The position numbers and the translations under genes were made by a program. Positions 38,776 to 52,400 of a stretch of 64,000 nucleotides of DNA are shown one piece after another; position 1 is the first letter of the stretch; each line of letters begins with the position of its first letter. Source of the stretch: Camelus dromedarius (lineage: Eukaryota); contig NC_087437.1 of assembly GCF_036321535.1 (NCBI RefSeq), forward strand, positions 110,548,001 to 110,612,000, read 5' to 3'. The notes under the pieces are model-generated. The model ran no database searches. It worked only from the letters and a program-made list of their open reading frames with translations, and was not told the DNA's origin.

Positions 38776-39864
38776 AGAAGCCTAAAGAAGAGAAATGTGT
38801 TAAACAACGCAGTAGAGTTCGGGAAAAAGGCAGTGGTCCAGCTGGCGGAGATGTTTCCCCACCGCAGGCGGGGGATCTCACAGCCAATCAGCAAGATGTG
38901 AGATTTTCTTCAGCGAGTCCCAGAAACCACAGTCAGTATAGAGAGAGCAGATGGTTTAAGATTTGGGGTCCTCATCAGGAGGTTCTCAAGGTGAGAAATC
39001 AGAGACAGAAACCAGCGCCAATGTGTGCACTCCGTGTCCCAGCTGTGTGCAAGGCTGACGAGCTCCAGAAGTGAGGGGGGACAGACTGGGACAGTCTGGG
39101 ACAGTGGGGAAAGGTCTCCAGACTGAGGGGAGGTGACAGGGTGGGATGGGGAGTCAGGGACAGTCAAGGGAAAGAATGGGTGACGCTGTTCCGGAGGCGA
39201 GTTTCAGCGGTAGAGAGCAGACAGCGCCCAGGACATGTCTCATTCTCCAACAAGCTGCTCCCCTCCAGCTGTCAGCCTGTCAGTAGGTCTAATGAGACAG
39301 GCTGCCAGGGTTATCTGCACTCAAACAGGAGCCTCCTCCCAGACAAAGCAAAGGTACTTGAAAGATATAGGATGCTCTAGTGGTAGAATGGCAGGCTCTA
39401 CAAACCGACTCTGAGGATTGTGAAAGCTGGATCTCTGGATGAGGACACCCCTCAGTACTTCCTTCAAATCCTGCTGCACGAGCAAGGTCCAACGTGCACC
39501 GGCTCTCCCTGGGGCTCGCCTCTTGCGTGGGTTTTGTCAAAGGGTTATAGTCCCCGGATTGGGATTCTCTTGCCACAGCCAACAGTTTGAAGGCACTCTC
39601 TCCTGCTTTTCTCCCCAACCTGACTCTGCGCTCCCACCCTGGTCGCGGTTCCTGGAATATTCCTTTCTTGCTGAAAGGCTGGGCACTTGCTAAGAGGTTT
39701 CTTCTGTCTGGAAACCTCTTCCATCATCTTACCAGGAGGCAGCGCCTTCTCACTGTTCATGTCTCTGACTGAATGTTACCACCTTATGAAACCACACCCA
39801 CCCACCGGCCTCAGACACATGCCGCACCCATCCACAGTGCTTGTCCCAGAGCGTAATCATGGCG

Positions 39865-40005
39865 TCTGTCCCCCTTTGTCTCCCTCATGGGAAGGGAAGC
39901 CCCGTGCAAAGAGTAGCAATGCTGGTGTACCCTCAGTGTCTAGCAAGGTGCCTCAGTACAGAGGCACGGACCAGGTAAGTGATGTTTGAATAAATGAATG
40001 AATGT
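39865..40005 (+). mobile_element. L2 3' tail
   Basis: CAGTGTCTAGCAAGGTGCCT...TGTTTGAATAAATGAATGAATG. Confidence 0.65.
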
Positions 40006-40253
40006 GTGATCATTAGGTAAGCATCTCAGAGGGGATGGAGGAAAGAAGGAAGGGGTTCCATCAGTTGCCATTTATTCTTCTAAAAATATACCTTTCTACT
40101 CTTCCCCGTTTGTCAATTCTAATTGAATTTCCCAGTGTAAAAAGTTTGTATGGAAGGGAACAGCAGGAATTTACTGTTTTCTTCAGGGATCCTCTGTGCC
40201 CAGGGATCCTTGGTCCTCCACCACCCACAGCCTGGCTCTGGCAGTATAAATAC

Positions 40254-40657
40254 AGTTATCAGCTCTACTGTGCCCCCTATAAAAAATTCATAAGTTGAAG
40301 CCCTAACTCCAGTACCTTAGACTGTGACTGTATTTGGAGACAGGGCCCTTAAAGAGGTGAGAAGTTCAATGAAGCTGTGAAGGTGGGCCCTAATCCAGTC
40401 TGACTGGCGTCCTATAAGAAAAGCAAATTTGGACCCACAGAGAGACATCGGGGATGCACGTGTGCAGAGCGAAGACCACGTGAGGATGCGGTGAGAGCAT
40501 GACCCTCTGCAAGCCAAGGAGGGAGAGCTCAGGAGGAGCCAAATCTGCCACCACCTTGATCCTGGACTTCCAGCCTCCAGAGCTGTGCAAAAACAAATCT
40601 TTGCCATTCAAGCCAGTCTGTGGAGCCCTGTTAAGGCAGCTTGTGAAGACTAGGACA
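40254..40657 (+). mobile_element. MaLR solo LTR (MLT1B-like)
   Basis: GTTGAAGCCCTAACTCC...GTGACTGTATTTGGAGACAGGGCC...CCTTGATCCTGGACTTCCAGCCTCCAGAGCTGTG. Confidence 0.9.
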
Positions 40658-42109
40658 AACATAAATGTAATAGTCATATCACATGATGAATGACTTCCAT
40701 AGACGACAGCAAGTTAGGCCGAGCTGACCTCACGGTCCAAGGAAACCCTGCAGTGGGCGCGAAGTACGCAGGTTGAGCAATCACATCCCAACTGTGCCAC
40801 GTGTCACCTTGGAACGTTTGCCTCACCTCTCCCTGGGTCCACGGCCCCTCCTTCAAAGTGGCACCAGTGGAAGGATTTCGTGGGATAAGGTTTATGAGAG
40901 TGCTTGACACAGGTCTTGAAGGTCACTGCTCAACAAATGTTAATTCCCTCCCGTCCTCTTCCCATCCAACTCAGTCACACTGGAGGAAGGGGTCCCTGTC
41001 CAGAGATAATTGTGGAACGTGGAGCAGGGCAGTAAACGCTGCTGAGTGAAATAATAAATTCACATAAGCCTGAGCATGTGTGTAGGCGCACGGGTGAGGT
41101 TCCTAAGGCTGGCACGGCGGGGCTGCCCTCCCAGCTGAGTCTGCTGCTGTGGTTGGCATCTGCTCTGATGGTCAGGTTTCTGCCGTAGTAAAAGTTCAAT
41201 GGTCTGAGTCACACTCCAGGCCACAGGGGACCATGGTGGCAGGAATATTCAGCGAAAAAAGGCAGAATTTGACAGAATACCTTCACCAGTTTCCCAATGG
41301 CTGAATAGAACCAAAATCAGACTGTTGGCCAACTGAGGGGTATACCTGAACTCTTGAGGACAAGGGTCATTCAGGGCTCCCTGGAATTCACCAGGACCAT
41401 AGGAGACCTCGGTCTAAAGATATTCGGGTGCTCTGCGCAGAGATCTCCTAAATAATGACTTCTAGGAAAATGTGGCTTTCTGAAGTAGGGACCTCGTGGA
41501 GCCCTCGGTTTGTGCCAAACTGCCAGGTGTCAAGGTGGTCACTTAAGACAAGGAGCCAAATAAAAAGGAACAACCAGGTCTTCTTTTATCCACTCACTGC
41601 AAGAGTAAAGGCAAGAGGTGGAGGGAAAGAACGGTGCTCCTCCTTGTTCTGCTTTTCTCCTCCGATGAGGGAGGAGGGATGGGCTGGGAGTGGAAGGTCA
41701 TGAGTCAGAGTGCAGAACAGCGAAGATCTTTGGAGTCAAGGCCCTCAAGACAGGGCTCCAGTCTCGGTGAAGGTGCCTGGAAAACATCCCAGTCCAGACC
41801 CTAGATAAGGAGGCCTCCGAGTGCAGGTGCCTGGGCTCAAATGCAGATCTACAAATGAGCGTGGCTGGTAGGGTGAGGGCTGCAGGAGTCAGGGAGGCCT
41901 GAGTCCTTGACTGCAGCTCCCTCCAGGGACATCAGTGCACCGACTGTGCACCAAGGCTGGTGTGGGGACGGCAGTCCTCCCCGCAGAACCTGCCAGGAAA
42001 AGCTTTGCAGTTGCCTGGGGTCAGACACGAAGGATCACACACAGGATATCTTGGCCTGGAGCCAGGCTCCTCAGAATTCATAAGGTCTCTCCCCAACACT
42101 GGTCTGAAA

Positions 42110-42271
42110 CCATGGGTCTTAACCTTCTTTGGGTCTGGGATTGCTGGAGAGTCTGCCTGAAGCTATGAACTCTTTCCCCTGAAAATGTACATAAACATAA
42201 TTGGCATAAAATCTTACAGAATTTATGAACTCCTAGTGTTCACCTGTGGTTTAAAGGTTAAGAAATCCCAG
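42110..42271 (+). mobile_element. hAT-Charlie MITE (MER103C-like)
   Basis: TCTTAACCTTCTTTGGGTC...GAAGCTATGAACTCTTTCCCCTGAAAATGTACATA...AGGTTAAGAAATCCCAG, with inverted TCTTAACC/GGTTAAGA ends. Confidence 0.72.
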
Positions 42272-43352
42272 AGGGAAATAGGCCGCTTTGTTGGAGACTT
42301 TTAGTGTTTATAGACCTGTGTGTTTCCACTGTGAGATGTCACAAAAGGATGAAGTCAGATAAAGTGGCCAGTGATCGCAATGCCCAGTGATGGCATGATG
42401 GCACTCATTCTCAAATTAATGGAAGTCATCTTTCAGTCTACAATGCCAAGAATTATTTTTCATGGGTAATTTCGTATTTCTAAATGGCAGTGCATTTCAG
42501 TTTTGGTAAACCTATACATTTGATGTCTGGGGCTCTTCCCTGCTACCTCAGCTGAGCCCACATCGCCCCTGGTAGGGGATGTAGGACTTACCTTCACATC
42601 TATAGCCTTAAGTTTTTCAAGCTTATTTGGGTGGAGGAAAGAGAGAGGAAGAGTCTTTTAAGTGACCCAGAGCGTCTACAGTGGACCAGGTTTGAGCCAT
42701 CTCTATCCAAGGGCAATGAGTAAACCACTCAGAGAAGCAGAAACATAATTTTACTCATTTCTCTTTAACTGAAATGATCTTGGCTCCTGACAGCCCGTTT
42801 CTCTTTGGCAGTTGAAACACCTAATCTTGCCACTCAAGCTAAATTCCATCACTGTGATTTTTTTAAGGTAGCAATTCAAGATTTAAACTCAGTCATATCA
42901 ACTCCTTTCTCCCTGAGAATGATTCATGATAGTGGGTGGAGCTTGCATTGTCCCTCGTCAGGTAGAAGAGGTGACTAGAGTCAGCATCCATGGCTGACTC
43001 CTCCACACCCAACTCTACGTCTTTTCAGGTTCACGAGCTCTGTCCCAGAATGCCCCAGCACACCTTGGATAGGGGCAGGTGCAGACAAAAAGGTATTAGG
43101 CAACTCTCAGTGGCTTCTTCCTGCTCCACACACACAGGGAGCTCCAGAATCTGGGGCTTTCTCTGCTCACCGCCCAGACACCACAGCAAAGCAGCTGCAG
43201 ATGCCACATTGGGCATTCTTGGGGTAAGAAGAGCAAAATGCAGTGAACAAGGCTGGAGAGACGTATCTCCAGCCCCCACCAGCGTCCAAATCATATACAC
43301 TTTCTCTCTGAGTCTCCTCCTCACACCAGCTACGTGAACTTTTATCTACTCC

Positions 43353-43905
43353 TTTTTACTAAAATATAATTTACATGCAGTACAACATACAAAGTGTACA
43401 TCGCAAGTGTAGTCTGATTAGTTTCAACAAATGTATACACCCGTGTAACCTGTACTCTTACCAACAAATAGAATATTCTATCACCCAGAAATTTTTCTTA
43501 TGCCTCTTCCCAGTCACTCCCCAGCCCCAAGCAAACACTTGTGATTTCTATCATCAAAGGTTAGTTTTGTGTGTGTAAATGAATCCATGCAGCATACACT
43601 TGTTGGCGTCTGGCTTCATTCACTCAGTATCATGTTTTTAAGACTCATTTATATTGTTTTGTGTGTCAGTAGTTTGTTCCATTTATTGTATTTTATGAAC
43701 ATGACACGATTTGTTTATCCAGTCACCTAATGAGCATTTGGGTTATTTTCAAGGTTTTTTTTTGTCATTATGAATAAAGCTGCTAAGAACTCTCACATAC
43801 AAATTCTCTTTTTTTTGATATATATTTTCAGTTCTCCTAGGGAAATATCTAGGTGTAAAATTCCTGGATCATGGGAGTAGACATATGTTTCACTAATTTA
43901 GGAAC
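43353..43905 (-). mobile_element. Ancient LINE-1 3' end (L1ME-like)
   Basis: AAATATAATTTACATGCAGTA...CAAATGTATACACCCGTGTAACC...ATCACCCAGAAA...ATGAATAAAGCTGCTA. Confidence 0.82.
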
Positions 43906-44377
43906 TTAATTAGGAAACAAAAAGTCTCAGTATTTAAGTTACAAGGTATTAAAGGAAGAATATGATGCAGCTTGAAGAAGAATAACATCACCTGGAAATG
44001 GATTTAGTGGCAAATGAGCCTGTACCCTTTTGGGAAGATAAAGGTAGCGTGTTTTAGGTTGTTTGAGGATCATTGCTTCATCTTAGAAAGTTAAATACAA
44101 GTTAGAAAGGTGAATACTGATGCTGAGTTGATTGGGAGTGGAATGCCCTGGTTTTATACTATGTCAGCTTGTCTACTGGCACTGTAAGTCCCAGAATTCC
44201 CTTCTGGGAAACGTGATTAAGATTTGGAAGACAAAGTGAACAGTATCTATTATTCTTTGAAGAGCATCATAGTTAGACAATGAGGAATAGAGGCAGAAGT
44301 GCTGGCAGATTTCTTGCTCTTATCTTTGTTCTTCTTCCCTTTGTATCCAACTCTTCTTAACTGCCAGCCTTGCTGAC

Positions 44378-45134
44378 TGAGATGATGAATTTTATGTGTC
44401 AACCGAGGGGGTGTTTCTTGGATGGGATTAACATTTATTTATTTATTTTATTGATGTATAGGCAGTTACAATGTGTCAATTTCTGGTGTACAGCATAATG
44501 TCCCAATCATGCATATACATACATATATTCATTTTCAGAGTCTTTTTCATTACTGGTTATCACAAGATATTGAATATAGTTCCCTGTGCTATACATAAGA
44601 AATTTGTTTTTATCTATTTTTATATATAGTAGTTAATATTTGCAAATCTTGAACTCCCAAATTTATCCTTCCCACTCCCTTTCCCCAGGTAACCATAAGA
44701 TTATTTACAATGTCTGCAAGTCTATTCCTGGTGATTAACATTTAAATCAGTGAATACTGGGTAAAGCAGATTGCCCTTTATAATATGAGTGGGCCTCATC
44801 TTATCAGTTGAGGGTCTGCATAGAAGAAAAAGACTGGCCTCTTGTAGGAAAAGGAAATTCTCCAGCAGAGACTCTTAGGACTGGACCTGCATCATCAGCT
44901 CTCCTGGGTCTCAAGCCTGCTGGCCCACAGTGCTGATTTTAGCCTTCCCAGTGTCCATGATCATGTTAGCCAATTCCTTGTAATAAATCATATATATATA
45001 CACATATATATAGTATAGACACACATATATACACATATAGAGACACATATATATCTTTACATATAAATACATTAATATGAATATCAGTATATATATCCCA
45101 TTGGTTCTGTCTTTGGAAAACCCTGACTAATACA
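44378..45134 (+). mobile_element. ERVL solo LTR (MLT2D-like), 5-bp TSD, interrupted by L1
   Basis: Start TGAGATGATGAATTTTATGTGTCAAC and end CCCTGACTAATACA. TSD CTGAC at 44373-44377 and 45135-45139. Confidence 0.9.
44438..44732 (-). mobile_element. Short young LINE-1 3' end with 12-bp TSD
   Basis: Reverse complement of the L1 3'UTR type seen at 16.4-16.7 kb. TSD GATTAACATTTA at 44426-44437 and 44733-44744. Confidence 0.92.
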
Positions 45135-46019
45135 CTGACCAACAACCTTTCCAGGCTGACAACCAGACACAGAGGTGACAGCCTTCCTTAGACTCCTCCA
45201 CCAGGTCCCCTTCCAGGCTCACTCCTCAGGTGACGTCCCTGCCTTCTCATATTCCTTGTGAGCCCTGCCCCGGTCAACTTGAGCTGGTGTTTCCAAAGGC
45301 CTGATTAGTGGCGTGTCTCTGATCCTCCAACCCCTCCTTTTGAAACCCTTACTTCTCCAGCTTCTTCCATAATTCTGTAAGGCCTTATTCCTATAATGAA
45401 TCCTATTCTACAAAACTCATAATAATTCTACTTTCCTTATTGTACCAAGAATGATATGATATAATTTAATGCAACAGAAAATGTGCTCACTTCCTCAGGG
45501 CAGACAGAAAAGCATTAATACTGTTAGACGGTTCTCACTTCTTGTCTCATTCATTCATTCATTCATTCAGGAAACAGTCAATAAGGTCTTGCTACAGGCA
45601 AGTACTACTCTCTGAGAGCAGACTAGAAATCCACAGAGGGCAGTGAGGGTCCTCAGGAGATGGATCTTTGGCTACTGAGGGAAAATTGCCAAGAGGAGAT
45701 TTCGGTTCAATCCAAAGAACGTCCTGACAATTAACTGTAAACGGAATGGCCTCTCCATTCCCAGTGAAGGCCTAGTTACTACAGAAATTAACTAGCAATT
45801 TATTTAAGGAGGGATGCTTCAGAGGGCATTGGCCCATCAATCAGCAGTGTCTAAACTCCAGATTCACTTTTCAATTGCATATTATATGATTCCCTTATGA
45901 TATGTTCTAAACCCCTTCTGAGACTCTGAGATTCTCTCAGCTGTCCATGCTCTGGGGTGACTATGAGGAATAGCAGGGTTATGATTGTCTCAGAGTAAGA
46001 CCACGGGGGTAAAGAACTA

Positions 46020-46240
46020 GTGTTTATTGCACACTCTGTATACTCAGGCAATTTTCATTGATTAGGAAATAATCAAACTCTCCTTCAAACTCCAAGAGAT
46101 GAGTTCTGTTACCCCACTGTGTGGATAAATACACTGAGATTCAGCAGCTGAAGTGACCGGGCCGAATTTCTCAGCACCCAAGCAGAAGAGATTGAAATCT
46201 GCCCGCCCTCAGAGTCCGGGTCTTTTCACCTATGCTATAT
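46020..46240 (-). mobile_element. MIR SINE
   Basis: GTGTTTATTGCACACTCTGTATACTCAGGCA...ACACTGAGATTCAG...GAAGTGACC. Confidence 0.6.
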
Positions 46241-46439
46241 CACATCAAAGTTCAGCTTTGGCATGTGAGAATTGATAAGATTATCCATCACAAACCAAAG
46301 CACAATCTTAAGGTATACACTTAATGAATGCACATTGTCATCTATGTTTTAGAACATGTATTTCAGTCAATACATTAAGCTAGTAACGTGACATCATTTA
46401 TCAATGTTTTGTATCTTCCAATCACTCCGATGTTCTTCA

Positions 46440-46600
46440 CCTTCTCATTGAATCCTCACAATAACCCTGCCAAAGGAGTTATTATTTAGCTTCATTTTAC
46501 AGATGAGAACAATGAAAATCAGAGAGGCTGAGAAATATTTCCAAAGTCAAACAGCTACTAGGAAAAGGCAAGGCTGGAATTCAAATTCTATTCTGACATT
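46440..46600 (-). mobile_element. MIR SINE
   Basis: CTCATTGAATCCTCACAATAACCCTG...CATTTTACAGATGAGAAC...CAGAGAGG. Confidence 0.75.
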
Positions 46601-49600
46601 GCAGACAGTTCTCCACACCCTGGGTTAATTTCTCCCATGGGCTGGGGCGGAGGGCTGGACTTTGTTTACTGTATTTTCCAAAATGGTTCACTCCTCCTTC
46701 TACATGCTCCAAGATTATTTTCTTCTTCTTCTTCTCCCTCTAAATGCTTCCCTAAAACAGCTTCTTATTTATCTTGATGCCAATTTTTACTTTCAACCTC
46801 ATTTAAAAATGTGAAAGATTCACCCCATCAAGGCATTTCAATGTGAGGAATTGGTTGAGCAAATAAAAGGAAATATTTTAGAATACTTAAATTGCAATGA
46901 ATCACATACAATTACCATTTGGTGCAATTTAGGTGTTCTGAAACATTTCTTTTACTTTGCCCAACCAAGCACTCATAGCTAGATGATTTTGCTTCTAGGC
47001 ACAACTTAAACCCACAGAGGATTTTATTTTGCCTTTAAGTTATAGCTGACGGTCTCTGTATGAGATGTTTAAGACAACAAGGTATATAAATAGCCTCCTC
47101 GACAATTAAGGGAAAGACAATTGTGCCTTTGTAATACAGACCTTGGAATAGACACAGCCTAGTCTGCTACCGGCTCCGGCTGCCAACATCAGCTCCAAAG
47201 CAGAAAAATAAAATTGGAGGGAGGAGAGATGCTTTTCAGGTCATTAGAGGGAAAGGAAAACTACAGTTTTACATTTGAGTCATATAAAAACAGAAACGTA
47301 TACACAAACGCACAGTGGGAAAGAAGGAAGCTGACATTTATTAAGGGCTTAATGTATACCAAGAACTTCACATACCTTACACAAACCTTCTAAGAAAGAT
47401 ATTGTTATTTCCATATTGTAAGAGAAAGACTTGCCCCTCAAAAAAAATAAACTCAACTTGATAAACCTCTGTCCCTCAAAAACCCAGGCTTTTCTCACCA
47501 CAATACATTGCCTCTGTGTACATTACATATAAGTTTCTCTTAGAAACGTGGAACTTGTTATATGAGACGTCATTTACCTTTTTGTGCTTCAAGATGAAAA
47601 TAAAGTCATGAATCAGAGTCATCACAGCCTCCGCTGATTGTCCCTCTGCTCCATTGTTGATTACCCAGCTTGCAAGCACCCTCGTGTTTAAGCCTTGACA
47701 AATGTGTTCAGAAACCTTGAAGTTTATGATGGAAGTGAGTAGACGAATCTGTCCTCCCATCCTGAAACATGAGAGAGATTCTAGCTGTCAGGAGGTGAAG
47801 GCTGTGATTGCTGGCAACCCGAAACTCTTCTCACTGATTTTGGGATCAATCCCTTGCCTTCTCTCCTCCCTAAGGAGAGAGATTACCCGAGGCTGATGGT
47901 TTTGATGGAGCTGTTTATCACTCAAAGTGCCCTTCCGTCCCTGACCAAGGGGAGATAAACGAAGGCCAGGTCCTCCACATTCCCACCACAGATTCAGATT
48001 TTACACAAAGACATTCAAAAAAAGAAAGCAATTGGAAGAGAGTCATCCCAACGATGCCCCACAGACACCACCCACTATTTCCCAGCTCTCCCCGGGCTCT
48101 TGTCCGGCTTATGGCTTATTTGTCCGCCTTCCCTTCAGGTCTGTGGGCCATCTCGTATCCTCCCAATACATTTATTTATTTCCCCTTTTTTATTAGCTAC
48201 TGTCAGTTTCTGTTGCCAGCAACCCAAGTACCCGAAATGATAAACCATTCAAGCCTTCACAGATTAGGTGGGGCCCCAGCCACCCCTTCTCACATCATCG
48301 CTAACACTGGGCTCAGCTCCAGGGGTCCCTCTCTCCTGGATGCCTGTGACTCCTGTCACATGTGTTTGCAGGGTGTGGTCTTCCCTTACCAGTTTGCCAT
48401 CATCAGCTAATCCCACCTAAAATGGTCATGGCTCATGACAGCCCAAACTGTATCACCTACTGAAAAAGATTTTAGTTCAATAGGAAACCCAAGAAAACTA
48501 GAAAATGTGCCAGACACAGAAGAGTGAGATTCTAATAGTGGGCTCACACACATTCTAAGCAAAATATTTACAGGAGATTGTTCTAGAATAATCTGATCTA
48601 GATCAATCTGTAACAATTACTGTTCTGTAATCTGAAGTGTCATCCAGGACTCTCTACTCCAAGATATATCCATAGTTTGTGGCATCTTGCACTTAGGGAA
48701 ACTCTCTGTATAGAGTCTTAATTAACCACTTACTGAATATTGTACCTAAGACCATGACCATTTATACTCAGTCACTGCTACACTCAGATTTATTGGTGTT
48801 TAATTCAAGTCTTTTAAAAGAAAAATCTAATGTTAATATATATAGTATATCCTATATATAACATATGTTTTATATATTATATATATAACATATGTAGTAT
48901 ACCCTGTCACTACTAGGAGCAGGCTTCGCTGCAGACTGCTCAGGTAGTAAATTCCTGGGATCGAAGCCCATCTGCTCTATCTCGTGCTGCTGGTTTTCAT
49001 CTTTGCACACGGCTGGTGCAATCATAGTAAACTACCGCCGTCCTCATCACCTTGCAGATGTTTCATTATTCAATTAACATCTGTCCACTTAATCTGCAGG
49101 TGAGTTAAGGGCCAGAGACAGCTGCATTTCCCCGGGGGCCTCCAACTAAAAAGGATTAAGAGCGCTTGCACGTCCTGGGCTTCCCCGATTTCTCAGCATC
49201 GTCACTCTTACTCCCTCTAAGAACCTCAGCGGCAACACTGCCCTCTAAATGCCAGCATCTCTTCAGAAAGACTCAAATCAGACAAGCAGAGCTGCATTTG
49301 CAAAGTCAGGTCGAAACAGTTTAGGACCAGGACCCTGCAACTCTCCAGACTCTCACTTTCCTGTCTGTGACACACCCTCCTCTCTGCTCAGTTACGCTCC
49401 CCTGTCCTCTGAGCAGAGATTATTCCCTTACTTCAATGGAAGGCTCTGTGACTCACTAACCTCCTGATGCATCCCTCCCCTGGGGTCCTCTCATCTTCTG
49501 AAATTCCAGGAGTCTCTTGAGGCTCTTAGCATAGCTGATCATACACACTTTGCCCTCTAGGGGGTGCCCAAGGCTCCTGGCCTCCCATTTAGTCCCTAGT

Positions 49601-49814
49601 GAGGCCCTAGGATGTGATAAAGCACTGAGGCCAATGGGACCACAAGGCTGACAGGACACAAGAGGGAGATGTTTCGTGGATGAATAAAAATGAGGTAAAT
49701 GTGCTGCTTTGAAAATGATTTCCTTCCCTTGTTTGTGATGGGAGCTAGTAAGCATTTGGTACAGTCTTGACCTGCCTCTACTCCATCTCCAAATTTACAG
49801 GGCACAGGGAGCTT

Positions 49815-50175
49815 CTGAAGCTGGGCATGTTCATTCCGGAGGCTTAGGGAGAAACCTGTTTCCTCGTCTTTCCCAGCTTCTAAAAGGTGGCCTGCGTTCA
49901 CTGACTCATGGCCCCTTCCTCCATCTTCAAAGCCAGCAGAATAGCATCACCAAATCCCTCTGACTCTGCCCTTCCTGCCTCCCTCTCATGAGGACACCTG
50001 TGGTTACATAGTTTGTATATAAAGGGCCCACCTGAGTAATCCCAGACAGTCTTCCCATCATAAGATCTTTGACTAATCACACCTACAAAGCCCCTTCTGC
50101 CACATAAGGTTACCTATTCACGGGTTCCAGGGACTCAAGCATAGACATTTTGGGCGCCATTATTCTACCTCCCAC
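49815..50175 (-). mobile_element. MaLR LTR (MLT1D-like)
   Basis: CTCATGGCCCCTTCCTCCATCTTCAAAGCCAGCA...GGGCCCACCTGAGTAATCCCAGA...ATTCACGGGTTCCAGGGACT...CCATTATTCT. Confidence 0.85.
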
Positions 50176-50183
50176 CCCACCCC

Positions 50184-50296
50184 ACAACACACACAGAGAC
50201 ACACACACAGAGAACACACGCACACACAGAGACACACACACACAGAAACACACACACAGAGAACACACATACAGACACACACAAACACACACACAC
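50184..50296 (+). repeat. Compound (CA)n/(GA) microsatellite
   Basis: Interrupted CA runs with AGAG spacers. Confidence 0.9.
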
Positions 50297-50884
50297 GGCT
50301 ATGTAGCCATGTCAGACCTTTGTGAAGGACCCGAGTGGCTGAAATGGAGGGTTTTGAGAGTATCCAGCATTGCTCCCACTACGGAGGCAATGAGGGAGCA
50401 AAGGAAAGCCGACACAACCCCCATCTTCCCGGGAAGAGTCAGAAGAGGGGACATGCCTTCTCTTCGGAGCAGCAGCCCTCAGCAATGGCCAGCCTCCTGG
50501 TGGCCTCTTACACCAGGATTACAACTTCAAAGTTCCTTGCCAGTTGAAAATGAATTAATCAAATCATTGTTTCTATGTGATAGAAGCTTATATGAAACTC
50601 TTATAAAAATAATGACTCTTCCAATTAATCTTCTGGGCAAATATAAATTTTCATACAAGGGATTACTTAGAATTGAGATGCACCCACATGTATTTTATTA
50701 AGCTCAGTGTCCTGAATTCCACTCAGAAAGCTACAGCCCCCATGATGCCTTAGGGTGTGAGCCCCAAAGATGAAGGAATGTTGGGACTCCTCCCCCAGAA
50801 AAACGACTCTCTATGATCTTATTTGAAACAAAATAAGGGATAGAGGAGAACAGAGGAGAGAAGAGAAAGATGACAGAGTGAAAT

Positions 50885-51250
50885 TTTCTTGGCAGGGTTC
50901 CCTAGGAAACAAACACTTGGGCGAAATGTTACTTGGGGATCATGTGTATTGGAAGCCATAGGGAGGGGGATGGATGGCAGAGTAGGAAACATAGCAAACA
51001 GGAGGAGGACCCTTACCCATACGTACATTCTGCCCCATCCTGGGATGGTCTCCAGATGCTGCATGGAAGTCGGGACCCAAGAACCAAATGAGGCGGGAAG
51101 GAAAACAGTGTACCTGCAGGCCGTTCCTGCTGCTGCCTCCTGTTGGTCCAAGGGCACCCAAGGTGTGTTACCTGGCCCCTCTGGGCAGCCCCAGGGAGCC
51201 AGATCTCACAGCCCAGGTACGGCCCTTCATCTCAGCTCTGAAGTGGCAGA
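50885..51250 (-). mobile_element. Old ERVL LTR (LTR16-like), degraded
   Basis: TCTTGGCAGGGTTCCCTAGGAAACAAACAC resembles the reverse-complemented LTR16 terminus. Confidence 0.5.
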
Positions 51251-51934
51251 CTCAGAACAGAGCAGTGCCCTGTGAGTCTGGTCTTGGCCAGCTCCAAATC
51301 CAAACCCAGCCGACCCTCTGTCTGTAGGGCTGCCTTTGCTGGACAGACCCGGGCGGGGGCTGGGGGCCTGAAAACCCTCCTGGCCTAGCTTGTTAGCAAC
51401 TGCATTCAGGGCCTCTGCCAAATATTTAAGACAACTTTTCACCAGGAAATCTAGGCTGTGCCTCCATCTTGTCCCTTCTTGGCCACTGGGCCATCTCTGC
51501 ATAACATGAGCCCTGGACCTGCGGTGGCTCTTGCTTCCATAAGCACAACAGCAGTCCCCACAGCTGTGTGCACAGCCATGGTCCTGCTCTGTGCTGGGGA
51601 GGAGGGGAGCCAGGGCTTCTAGCCCACAGGCAGCTGCCCGGAGCACCCTTGCCACAGAGGAAGTTGGAGTCTGAGACATACTGAAAAGAAAACACAAAAG
51701 GCAAAATGCAAGGGTATCTGACGCTTAGCAAGCCAGGCACATACAGTTGCACTTGACATAAACTCCAAGTACACGCTAAGTTTTACATCCTACCAAATTA
51801 TGATATGGAGACTGAATACTTCAGGATTTCAGTGGAAGGAAAAATCCCCCAGGGCTGAGGTCGGGGCAGCATCAGAAAGGAAACAGCTCTCAGGCTGAGC
51901 CACGAAGGAGAGATTCTAATAAGAACAACCATCA

Positions 51935-52120
51935 CTTGGACGTCACATGAATGTGCCAGGCACTGTCCTGGACTCCTTCTAGGAAATAGTACATTTGATC
52001 TACCCCTCGGTCTGGGGAAAGAAGTCTTGTCACCTGCTACACAAATCAGAAAGTGGATGCACACTTAGCAAAGGGCATTCAAAGTAGCAGAAAGAGTCAA
52101 ATCCTGTGGAAGAGAAGAAT
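51935..52120 (-). mobile_element. MIR SINE
   Basis: ATGTGCCAGGCACTGTCCTGG...CATTTGATCT...ACAAATCAGAAAGTGG. Confidence 0.55.
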
Positions 52121-52139
52121 AAGCTGAAAAGAGAAAGAT

Positions 52140-52400
52140 ATAAGTAAGTCCCAGACCCAGGAGGGTCTTCAGAGCCAGGCTGTAAAGTTGGGCCGTCATT
52201 TGGAGGCTTTGAGGCGAGCAGGGAGAGGTCATCTGCTGAGGAATGACATGTGTACAGGTGTTCAAAGGATCATCCCATGGGTGGTGATAAGCAGGGAGGC
52301 AGAGACAACCGAGGGACAGCTCATGAGACTTCTGCATCCCATGGGGAAGAAACAGGGCACTGCAGGTTTAATAACTTGAACTTGGGCGACAAGATGGCAG
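52140..52400 (-). mobile_element. L2 internal fragment
   Basis: CCAGACCCAGGAGGGTCTT...AGGAATGACATG...TTCAAAGGATCATCCC is typical L2 antisense text. Confidence 0.55.

Larger units (their letters stand above)
43930..45457 (+). mobile_element. ERVL internal 3' remnant plus LTR (LTR52-like, from 44144), interrupted by MLT2
   Basis: A PPT-like GGGAGTGGAA precedes TGCCCTGGTTTTATACTATGTCAGCTTG...CCCAGAATTCCCTTC. The sequence resumes after 45139 and ends with an LTR-type terminus near 45457. Confidence 0.6.

Noticed and set aside
50110..50701. 183-aa and overlapping ORFs
   Set aside because: Derived from MLT1D and (CA)n repeats (HT/VC dipeptide runs).
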